A stretch of 47,643 nt of DNA from Klebsormidium nitens (lineage: Eukaryota > Plantae > Klebsormidiophyceae): assembly GCA_000708835.1 (NCBI GenBank), contig DF237068.1, positions 1 to 47,643 on the forward strand, read 5' to 3'. The first letter of the stretch is position 1, and every line of letters starts with the position of its first letter. Both the position numbers and the translations under genes were made by a program. Of the stretch, positions 12,194 to 22,900 are shown one piece after another. Under the pieces are notes generated by a model. It had not been told where the DNA came from. It did not search any database and saw only the letters and a list, made by a program, of their open reading frames with translations.

Positions 12194-12231
12194 GTAATCA
12201 TTATAATGATTACCCTGCTTATAAGCAGGGT
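12194..12231. repeat. Two overlapping perfect 20-bp palindromes, both centred on TTATAA
   Basis: GTAATCATTATAATGATTAC (12194-12213) and ACCCTGCTTATAAGCAGGGT (12212-12231). Confidence 0.93.
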
Positions 12232-13207
12232 CCGACGAAACGGTCCAAATTCCGATCAGCCCTTCCGAAGTTGATCAGCCCGTTCAACGGTTGGGACCAC
12301 ACCGTTCATTTGGAAAGCACACCAGCTACTATAGCTAGATCTGTTTCCTCGAGGAATGGCAAGAACTTGAAGCGTTCGATCGACATATACCGTGCAAATC
12401 CGACCCTCATTTACTGATTATCGTGACTTCCGCATCATGGTTACATTTGTCAGTTGCATATATAAAATGATTATGATCATGATTCGTGCACAATATGAGC
12501 AATTAGTATGTATGGTGCTCCAATGACATACGTACGTACGTCTTTACAAGACTCAAGCCTAGCTCACATACCACACTTTGAGTCAATCATTGTTTGAGCC
12601 CCGCGCGGCGGCATTGAAGAATTCATTGCAGGGCGGGCCGGTAGTCAATATAGTGTGATGACACTCTCGACGCTCGCACTGCAATCTCCCGGCAGGCTCG
12701 CAATCCAATCTTCTATATGTATGCCTAGCTGCGCGCGCGGGACGTCGATCGTTCCGACATGCATGCATTTTGAATCATGCTCAATCGGGCCAGTGCATAG
12801 ACGAAACTAGCATAGGCTTGCCAAGATCGCGTAGTGACCTAGCTTAGTAGGCAACCGTCCTTGGCCGGCATGTATACTGATCGAACAAGCAGCAGGAATC
12901 AAAAGGAATGTCAATATTAGCTTGCTCGATCACAATATTCAAATTATAGGTTATACTTTTGGCTGAGCATATTGAACTTTTCGTTCTGTACAGTTCATTG
13001 ACGATTGGGCGGATTGAAGATCAGATTTCCTGCAGGTTCAGAAGCGTACGGTCCTACGCATTCGAGTTTCGTAGCTATAACAAATATAATTAGCAGTCGG
13101 ACCCTGGTAGCTTCTTTCCAAAACGTCTCAAATCAGGTCGGGTCATACTTGTCGTATCATATGTGTGTGCGGCTTCATACGAAAGGCTGAAGGCTAGCTT
13201 GTACGCG

Positions 13208-15206
13208 TCACCTTTCGGTCAGATTACAACAGCCGGGCCTCGGTTGCTTCTCGGGCAGAAAAGCTATGGACACGGTGCCCAGCTTATACTCCTCGAACTC
13301 CATCCCCAGCGCTGTGTTGCGGATCTTCGCGAGTGACCCGTCCTTTATTCCAGCAACCAGGTTGCCAAACTGCCCAAGCGCGGCTTTGGCCGGGAGAAAG
13401 TCGTCAATATGCCCCGAGCACAAGATGACCGGGGGATCCCCCGGGGCGGCCGCCTCCTCTTCTTCAACCAATCGCATCAGCTTAGTCACCGAGCTTTGGT
13501 ACGCGTCCCAGCTGCGGCCGTCCAGGTGGATGAAGATCGGCGACCACTGGTAGAAGCTGTCACCGACGAAGAGTCACCGTTCTTTTGCATAGTAGAGCGC
13601 GATCTGGTCGGGGGTGTGCCCGGGGGTGAAGAGTACGCGGACGGAGTCGAGATCGCCGGGGCCTAGCCTGCGAGAAAACGCGAAATTTTTCGTGCATCTC
13701 CATTCTTTCTCACGATCAAGAACACGTTCGTTCTGAGGACGGGCGGGTGATGTTTCAGTTGCACCATTGGACGGGTACAGGTTGAGCATGTTGCGCTGCG
13801 CTGGCACGAAGAAATTTGATGAAAGGTCGTCGTGTTTAAAAAGGAAAGGTGCCCCCTTGGATGCACCAGAAGAACCCTTCAATACCTGAATCTGCTTTGC
13901 AGGGATTCTTCATTTACTTGCTTCTCTTCGATATGCTTGGTCCTATGATCAAAAAACAACAAGGAGCAAACCCAGAGCCCAGATCTAGTTGATTGCCTTC
14001 AACCATTCGGTCTTTCTTTCCCCCAAGAGTTCCCCAGATTGAAGACCATTGTGATATTCCTATCTCAACACGCCTCAACAAGTAAGCGCGATTGTGGCGA
14101 CAAGTAGAGAGTGTTCCATGAAACACGGCGAGGTTATTCAGTGACTTCAGTGGAATGCACTAAATATGCAAGTCATTAAGAGGGGACTGGATCAACAAAA
14201 GGACAATATTGCCACAACTTGGCTTGAACACGTAAAGTCTTTTGGCATTTCCCAATTGAGTTCAGAAAATGGGATTGTATTCAGGCAGCACTGCACCAAT
14301 CTGACCGGATAACAGGAAATGCTGGCAAACATGTACAGTAGAGCACCTACAAATAATACATCTTTCAGGCTCTAGGATGGAGAAGAAGCTGGAAAGCTGC
14401 CGTTCTTTGTATCACGCTTGTGAAAAGCAAAGCTTCAAGGTTGACTATCACGCAAGAAGCAACTGCATGGGTCAAAGTAGAGGAAACTCCCAGGAAGTGA
14501 AAGTCCAGTGACACGGCAGAACACGCTGAGATACCACTTGGGCGAAAGAAGCAAGAGAAGGAAACAAGGGACCAGAGAGCACATGTTATACCGCCTAGCG
14601 CACTCTGCACGTTCAGAGAAGGTTTGCATGCTTTTAATCAGCACTGTTTTACGTATTTCAGCTCCAAACTTAGAGCTGACCAGCGATCAAGCTGTATGGT
14701 AGCAGATTCTAAAACCTGTCAAAGGAAAGGGCTTGAAACGAAACGCTCATTGGTGCTCACCGGATAACCTCCCCATCTGCCAGCCACTTTGTGATTTTGA
14801 ACCCCTTGACTCGCTCCCCGAAGCTGAAGGGGTTGCTCCCCCAAGTTTCCGTCCATTGCTTATCCACCGCCCCGAACGCGAGCTCGGCACAGCACGCAGC
14901 CTTTCCCCCCGCGCCGCTGAACTGCCAATTGCAGCCAATGTGGTCAAAATGGCTGTGAGTGCAGACAATGTAAATCGGCAATTGCTGCGGGTTCAGCTCA
15001 GAACTGGTGACAAAGCTCAGAAGGTCGCCGGTTCCGCACCCCGTGTCTAGCAGGAGCAGCCTGTCCGCTCCTTCGAGGAGGTACATGAAGGGGTACTCTC
15101 CGTATGGATCATACTCCACGATCTTCCAAACCGTGGGGGAGAGGCGAGACCACACATACTTGGGGCGGGAAGCAGGTTTGTGCTCTTCTGGTGGCAGAGA
15201 AGCCAT
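13208..15206 (-). CDS. Metallo-beta-lactamase-fold hydrolase, 2 exons, 301 codons with one in-frame TGA (codon 180); recent pseudogene, recoded gene or base error
   Basis: Exon 1 15206-14761 (donor CG/gtgagc), exon 2 13667-13208 (acceptor ttctcgcag/G). All MBL metal motifs are present: LLDTG, THSHFDHIG (HxHxDH), TPGHTPD, LFVGDS, CSGH. ORFs 13574..13882 and 13208..13489 share one frame, separated only by TGA at 13576-13574. Confidence 0.88.
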
Positions 15207-15591
15207 GCTCTGCTCTATTCAGAAATCAATGTTTGTGCAACACCCACCGCGAAGCCCGATCTTAATCTAGGAACCTGAGAACAGCGAGTCCCACTGCCAG
15301 CGCCGCCTAGAGCTACAGAACGTCATGCTAGCTGCTAGCATTTTGATCCTTTCAAAACTTGAAAGCTCAGAGCTCTCCAATCGGAATCGGGCCTAGCTTC
15401 AGCCTTCAGTGCTTTCTGCGGCGTATCTACGTTGGTACGTGTCAATATTGGTACGTGAAGCGGAAGCGCCCAGTTCAATGGCAGTTGGTGCCTGGTGAAT
15501 TGGTCGATTTACTGGTAAAAATTATTTTTTGGAACGAATTAATTTTGCGATTGATGCGAAGTTGATTCATGCGTAAACCCTGCGCGCCAAC

Positions 15592-15966
15592 CCTGCACCC
15601 AGAGATCATTGATTGCGCCAATTGGGGTTGCGCCGGGTTTCCCGCCCAGAGCCCCTATTTCGCCAATCCTGCGCAATTCTCAAAAGATCCTGCTTATATG
15701 CACATAAGATAGCAGTTTTGAGACCAAAGTTGGTCAGAATCAGACCGAGAGCAGTCGATATTGCGGTTTTGACTCGGTGAATTGACTTCGGAGTTTTTGC
15801 ATATTGCGTTCCAATGATTTGTATAAGGAAAATTTTAGTTTTCTGCATAAGCGGCAAGCATTGTACCGGTATTTCGCCAATTTCGCCGGATTGCGCCAAT
15901 TGGTGCATTTTGAATTAGGGTTAGTGCATAGCGGGTTTGCATTTCGCCACGATCTCTGCCTGCACC
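15592..15966. mobile_element. hAT-type non-autonomous element (15600-15958, 359 bp) with 8-bp target-site duplication
   Basis: TIRs CAGAGATC (15600-15607) and GATCTCTG (15951-15958), flanked by identical CCTGCACC (15592-15599 and 15959-15966). Repeated subterminal CGCCAAT motifs near both ends. An 8-bp TSD with CAG termini is the hAT signature. Confidence 0.88.
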
Positions 15967-16987
15967 GGGATCATGATAGGCCCGCGCCGCGGGCGCGCGG
16001 CGGACCGCCGGGAGGATTTGCGCAGCGCGGCCGGCTGAGTTAGGATCGGTGATATGGACCTGGCCAGTGTGCATGCATGCCCGCTGACCTGGCATCCTCG
16101 AACGGTTTTGTTGCTGAGCTGGACCGACGATGTTCGATTTGAGGAGGACCTGACGTCGAAGAAAGGCTCGCCGTGTTGGCCCCCACAGCTTTCGATGGAG
16201 GTTTCGACGACTCAAGCCGTCGAGTCACGCAACCCGATGTATCATGTGGCTAGCCAGTATCTGGAGAGCTGACGCTCCGCGAAGCCAGCACATGTGCGGA
16301 TGGGGCCAATGTCGTCCTTCCGAACAATGGCGGATCACTGCTCAGCCTTCTTCTACGGCTGGCTAGAGGGGCTGGAAGGGTGATGCACTTTGCAGTGAAG
16401 GGTGTGAGGGATGCTGTGAAAGGTGCTGAGCTCAGAACATTCGGCTAATCACCATAGCTTCAATGGAACTTTTGAACCAATGGTGTTGAGCTCATGATTC
16501 TTAGATACAATTTCCAGTCTTTCTAAATGACAAGCTGACACTGATTCACAACCAACAAGACTTTCAGCTTTCATCATTCTTTGCATCAGCGGCTGGCATT
16601 GGAAATCGGTCTGAGCAGTTTGATCCAGTAGCAGGAATTGGTCCATGGTGGCATGACCTTGTACACTAGAATAGCCTCATTCTGCAGCTGGCAGCAATGA
16701 GCTAGAGCATAGCAGCCTCTGATATTAAGCCCTCAGTCAATTGTCTATGGAGGGAGGTTTGGGAGTCAGGAATTGAACAAGATTTGAGGGCAACTCCTAC
16801 GTCCCACGAGATGGTCAAAAGTTTTTTGATAGCCTTCACATAGAGCTCATTACATTTTTGTACAAAAATTGTATCCCTCCCATTGCAAGCTGATTTGTAC
16901 ATCTTTCGATTTTTTGCAAAGGCACGCGGCACGCATATAATTCAAAGACATTTTTCGAGCGATTGAACAACCTAACACACAGTCAAG

Positions 16988-19900
16988 ATGGCAGCTGTCA
17001 CATCAAAGAACCTCGCAACCTGCAAGCTATGTGGCAGTACAGTGCACTCCTACTCCCGCCCACCACCGCATCAGTCAGCTTCTTTCTTAGCACGCTCCTT
17101 CCACGCCGTTCCTCTTCGCAAGTCAAAACCAGCGGTAGCGTCAATATCAGTGGGCCGGGCCTCAGTGTTCAGTTGTGACACCGGAAAGTCTTCCAGGGCT
17201 CAAATATCTGGACAGAGGGAGCTTTGGGAAGAGGGGTTCCTCCGGGGAAGGGCAATGAGAGATCAGCAGGGGTTGGAGGGGCGGAGTTTTTCCAGGGGGA
17301 GGGGCTCCAAGAGTGGCCCAAGGGCATTTGCAAAGAGGGAAGGGAACGTCTCTGAAGAGGTGAGGAAATGGCGCATGGTGCAGCACCAGTTGCTCCTTGT
17401 TAAGGGACACTCTTTCCAAAGCCGCAGGATCAAGATTTGCCAAGCTGCTCTGGGCCGGATGTTGTGCAGATAGGATTATCCTATTTGAGCTGAGCATCTT
17501 GAAATATTGAAAATCCTGGAGAGTCCATCTTGCTGAACCACCAAGAAGCCTTCTGCAGTTGCAAGGGATGTTATGGTCCTTCGCCATTCTCCCACGGAGG
17601 TTTCTTGAAGTGTCTCATTTGAGGAGCTGCTTTTGAGTTGCCTATCTTGCAATGGCCTTCTGACTCACACAGCAAATGTTGGCTGTTACAGGATGGGGAT
17701 ATTGACTGGTTACAAAGTCTTTGAGAAGGACAACATTAAACTCCTTTCCAACATTTGTGAGAGAGATTGACTGCTCTGACATGGATATCCTGTGTCGAAG
17801 TCAGGGGAGGGGATATTTTCTCGAGATGAAACAGCGTTCACGTGCATGCACTGCTAACAATCTAAACATAATATTGCAGAGAAAGTTTCTGTGTGACAAT
17901 TCACAATCAGAAGCTTAGCTTAAGACGACTATTTTTTCTTTTCTTTTTCTGAAAGGCATGTGGGGAAGCATCAAACATGCCCAGCTTCAAAATTGTTCTA
18001 AACCTGACGCCGTATACCCCTTGCTTTGCACCAGGCGAGAAAAGAGGCGCTGCCAAGAGTGTGGCGCGCCGACAATGAGTGGCTGGCTAAGCACGGCATC
18101 CCCACCATTGAGATTGACGAACCTGGGGGCATCCCTCGTTTACACCTCAACTCCAAGCTGGAGATGCCCCTGGTGAAATTGCCCCCCAGTCTAGAGTGGC
18201 TAGACCTCTACGGCGAGTCTCAGATTAACCTCCGGAAAAAGCTGGCGGTTAGCCTTGACCCGTTTGGGGAGCCGCAGGTCAAGCTGAGGGAAAGGCTGGC
18301 CGAGAGCCTTGACCCGTTTGGAGAACCGCAGGTTAAGCTGCGGGAGAAGCTGAAGGTGAACCTTGACCCGTTCGGGGAACCGCAGGTTAAGCTCCGAGAG
18401 AAGATTGCGGTTAACCTCGACCCGTTTGGAGAACCCCAGGTTAAGCTCAGAGAACAGCTGGCGGCAACGCTGAAGCCCCCTCTTTCGAAACCTCCGGGGG
18501 GGCACAAACCCCTCATCTTTAACCCCCCTGGCACGGTGGAAATCCCCAAGGAGCCAGCGGAGGTTAAGAAGGGGCAGAAGCGGAACCCGTTTTTGGAGGG
18601 GAACTTTGCCCCGGTGGAAGAGGAGTGCCCGGACGAGATTCCGTGCCACGTCATTGGAAACCTGCCAGGGGACCTAAGGGGGCAATTCCTGCGCAATGGG
18701 CCGAACCCGCGGTTCCCACAGGATGCAGGCGCGTACCACTGGTTTGACGGTCAGTCATTTCTAAAGGGTTTGTTTACTTCACCAGGGTGCTTCTTCTTGG
18801 GACTGACATGTAGACTGGCGCTGAAACTTCTTGGACGAAGTCGAAGTTTTCGAGCCTATCTAAAGCTAATATTAACAATTCTACACTCATCTTTTAAAAA
18901 CTTGAAATACGGAAGCCGAGTCACAGGCGAATGACAGGGTTGGCCCAAACATTTAGGGACACTGCTGGTGTTTTGTAGGTTCTGGTGGGTCTTCGGTTCG
19001 CTCAGATAAGCTGGGAGAAGGCATCACGTTCCTCTTTGTTCACGCGTTGAAGTGGATCGCTCGCTCTAGCTGCCCAATCAGGCGCGTGCTCAGGGCTTTC
19101 TGACCACCCGAGGCACCCCCACTTTGTCGCTCATTTTGCGAGAGTGGCTGGGTTCAGAAGTTGCAATTATCATGGTAATCGATGCCTCCTATCTCTTGCT
19201 GCTCGAAAGGGTCTCATGCACGAGCAGTTCAAGAGTCACTGCCGCACTCAGACAGGAACGTCATCATGACGATTCCGTTCCGTCCCTGCAGGCGACGGAA
19301 TGGTGCACAGCCTCAAGTTCCAGGGCCTGGACCGTCCGCCAGTGTACTCGTCCAAGTACATCCGGACGGCCGGGTTCAAAGAGGAGTCGCGACAGGGGCA
19401 GGGGAAGTTCTGGCCGGGAGTCAAGATGCAACCGGTGAGCAGAAAACATTTTATTCGCCCCTCTCTGGTTGCTTCAGTTGAAGATGATGCGATTTTTATA
19501 TATCCAGAATTGTTCGGACGTCCGGCTTCAAAGAGGAGTCGCGGCTCGGGCGGGGAAACTGTCGGCCGGGAGCCAAGATGGAACCGGTAAGCACTGCCCA
19601 CCTTTTTTCCCTTCTCCAGTTTGGTCGTTTCTGAAAATGGCGCTCTGGACAAGTATTTACGAACGTCTGGCTTCAAAGAGGAGTCGCGGCTGGGGCGGGG
19701 AAGATTCTGGCCGGGACTTTAGATGTTTGGGTTCTCCTCTCCGACCTGCAAAAAGCAAGCCACTGATGCTTGAAGTTGGGCAGTTTTGGCCGGGGCTCAA
19801 AAAGAAGCTGGTAGGCACTCGTCATCATTCTCCCCTTTTCATTCTTATCCTCACCGTATATACCTTCTGAGGACCGCAGGTTGGTTGTTGTTCCGTACCT

Positions 19901-22900
19901 TCTGTGTGGCAATTCACAGATTGTATGCGTTGAATATCAAACGCAGACCAGCTTGCCCCTTCTACTTTGACATCACACGCAGAGTTTACGGCTTGGTAAT
20001 GATTACAGCCAGCTGGGAGCGACTGCTTCCTCAGCTTGGTCCTTCAATTTCGTATGACGCCCCTACTTCGTGAAACTCTGGTGCTCTAACGTCGGTGCTT
20101 TCTGACGGCGTCTCTAAATGATACATTTGACAGCAGACGAGCCCAGTAGTGGGGCAGATTGCGCAGCCCGATTACTTTGCGGCTTGCATGAGTCAGCGTT
20201 TTCCGTTGCTCAAGGCATCACCAACCATAGTCTGTGCCTGGTGCATTTCAGAATGCACAGGAGTACGTGGCAACGAGGGCATCTCGCTTGGCAGTCGTAC
20301 AAACGACTCGTGCTTTTTAAAAATGTGGGACTGAGGGCTGTTCTCTAGCGCTGAGTGACTGAGGGCTGTTCTTTAACGCTGAGTCGGTCCTTCTCGTAAT
20401 CAGGGGGCAAATCTCGAAACTTTCTTGAGCACGACGCGTCATAAAGGGTGCCGGTCAATATTCCTTATGCCGGATGTACTCGCTTCTCTGACGTTCGAGC
20501 GGACGATTCTCCTCATAGAGAAGATTGGCACGTTCCTTCTCATGTTTGAGAAGCTATTACTCGCCAACGGCAGGTTATGCGCAATCTCAGCCAGCGTTTC
20601 TTGTCCCAAAAGAACAGTTTTTCTGCCTCGGTGATGGGAACGGGCCGATTTGCTTACTCAAGATGCTAGCTGCTCATCGGTCTTTCACAAAACTCAAGAC
20701 GAATCTTCAGCACCTGTTTTCCTTGCTGGCTACCCTTTCGAAAAGCCAGCCGCATGTTCTCACTCGGGCAAGGACGAGATTGACGGTGAGTCGCTGTCAG
20801 TCATACGTCCAGACTACTCCGACGCCCATATCCTGTTTCGGACTTAGTATCTTTGAACCAGAGGTTTCAGACTGTGTGGAAGAGGAAGAGAGCTATCAAT
20901 CAATTGCCAATAAAAAACGACGCTTTTTTCAGTCGTCTTATTCCTAGCGAGTTTTTTGCCGCCTTTTGCTGGAGTTTACCTCAGGTGCTGTCCACCACAG
21001 ATTTTGAATCGTCAATACCGAACGGTTCTGGAAGCTATCATGCGGTCAACCAAACCCGTCAGGCTGGGCGAAGACGAACGCAATCTGGCTCCAGTACCTG
21101 CAGCCAGGAAGTCTTCTTCATCCGGATGCCCAGTTGCCTTTTTTCTTTTGTTTTTTAAACAACTTACTATTCAAAGACTGAGAACTGAGCTAAAGCTGAA
21201 TGGTTTCGTCATCGCAAAATGATTGGGGTCTGAATGCGACACTGTGGTGAGCCTTTGGGGACTTCGATCCTGTCGTCTTCGGCCCATCCAACTAAACGTC
21301 GTTCGCAAGCGAATCTCAGAACGAAGCGAATCTCAGAACGTACTTGGCGTTTGAAACCTTTCCGGCAAGGGTTGCAAATGATGCGGGGAATCTCGGAGCC
21401 ACCAACTTCGAAAGGTAGTATTCTCCATTCGCTGACGCCGTTTCCATACCGCGCTGTCCTCGCTTATCTGTTTGGCGTAAGTTCGCCAGGTCCGTTACAG
21501 ACGTGTTTCAAGGATCTAGAATGAATCAACTGGGCCATGTTCCCTTCCGTGCTCGTGTTTTTTTGCGCTCACCTTTGCCTTGTCATCGCCCCTGCCTGTG
21601 GGACACGCTTTCCGGTGAGCGAAAGCATCACTGTAAGTGATTTGCGAAGAGAGGCTTCTAGTTGCTTGTGGTTCTGTACTTAATAATATCTGTGGAGATA
21701 ATATCTGTAAGATCGTAGAAAGCAGTGAAAGGTCATGTCAGAACGCAAACTGTAGAGCCACAAACCGAGCAATGGTATCGAGGAAAATACGCAAGAAGGC
21801 AGACCTGCTATGCTTTGCCTTCAGCCTGCTGTTTTGCGTTCCGCCGATTGATCCAGAGTCCTGTCTTCTTGCCACTAATCATTGAGCAGATACGTAGAAT
21901 AGGATTGGGACTTTATCCTCACGAATCGGACATCCGCTTGATATGCAGTGGATGTTCCACAGGGGAACAAATACGCATCTTTGAGTGTGGCTACAAGCAT
22001 ATTCTGGGGCAACGATGGGGCTCCAGTTGGAATTGAGCTCTTCCATTTGGCCGCGTGTGCTAAGAATATCTGATGCCCCTTGAGTTTTTTCATTCGGCTC
22101 CGAACGTGGTGTTGCGCATGCTTAATCTCAAGAGGTTTTTGAAATTACATGCCTCCTCTCACTGTCGGGAATCGCGGGTTGTGAGAACGCCTGTCAAAAC
22201 AGCGAACACATCTTTTCCTGTCGAGCCTATATGGGTTGGTTCAGTCCAGTGGATTCTGTCAGCCCTGCCTAGGATAGGGCAGCGCGGAATAGACAATTCG
22301 ATATTTGATCAAAGCAGAAGGCGAAGCGGGCTCGGACGAACCCGCACTGACTCATGAAAGTCAACTCTCACCATCTCTGCAAAATTGATGCCCGTTTGCC
22401 CTCTACCCTTGTGTCCACATGTTTTCGTTTCAAACGTTGAACGGTGATCGTTTTCAAACCTTTCGGCGCGTTCTTCCTGATAGAGGACGTCAGAAGTTTC
22501 TCAGCGAGCGCTCAACCCACCAATTCCCAGCAGAGCCCAGACTCTACTGTATTGAGTGGAAGGGGGAAAAGGGTTGCGGGATTAAACGTTCACCTGGTCT
22601 TCCACTCTCGCTCCGGGAAGAAGAATGCAGCATAACACCCAAGCTGGATCTTTCATAGGCAGTCAGCATGCGGTTTTGATGTTTGTAGGTATCTGGAGCT
22701 CATTTTACGTACCTCTACGTTTTGCCTCGTTGGCGGTGGAACCCTACCTCGTTTGTTGGAGTGTCTGCATTCTTCCAACCTCTCTCGGCTGCGTTTTCAT
22801 TTCAGCAGAGTGGTTCTTGTGAGTGGATGCTGATCGTCTGCCTTACTGGATTTACTGCCGTTCTCAAATTTTGCTTAACATGGCCCTAGTTGTATCATTC

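Noticed and set aside
12900-13207. SECIS element in the MBL 3' UTR
   Set aside because: By eye there is only a short TGAACT/AGTTCA hairpin, with no AUGA-AA-GA spacing that fits; needs a real covariance search.
13557-13577. 21-nt micro-intron (GTGACTCTTCGTCGGTGACAG) removing the MBL TGA
   Set aside because: Far too short for a spliceosomal intron, and it would delete the conserved LFVGD metal-bridging Asp.
18200-18696. Antisense ORFs 18200..18649 and 18220..18696
   Set aside because: Shadows of the repetitive, GC-rich CCD exon 2.
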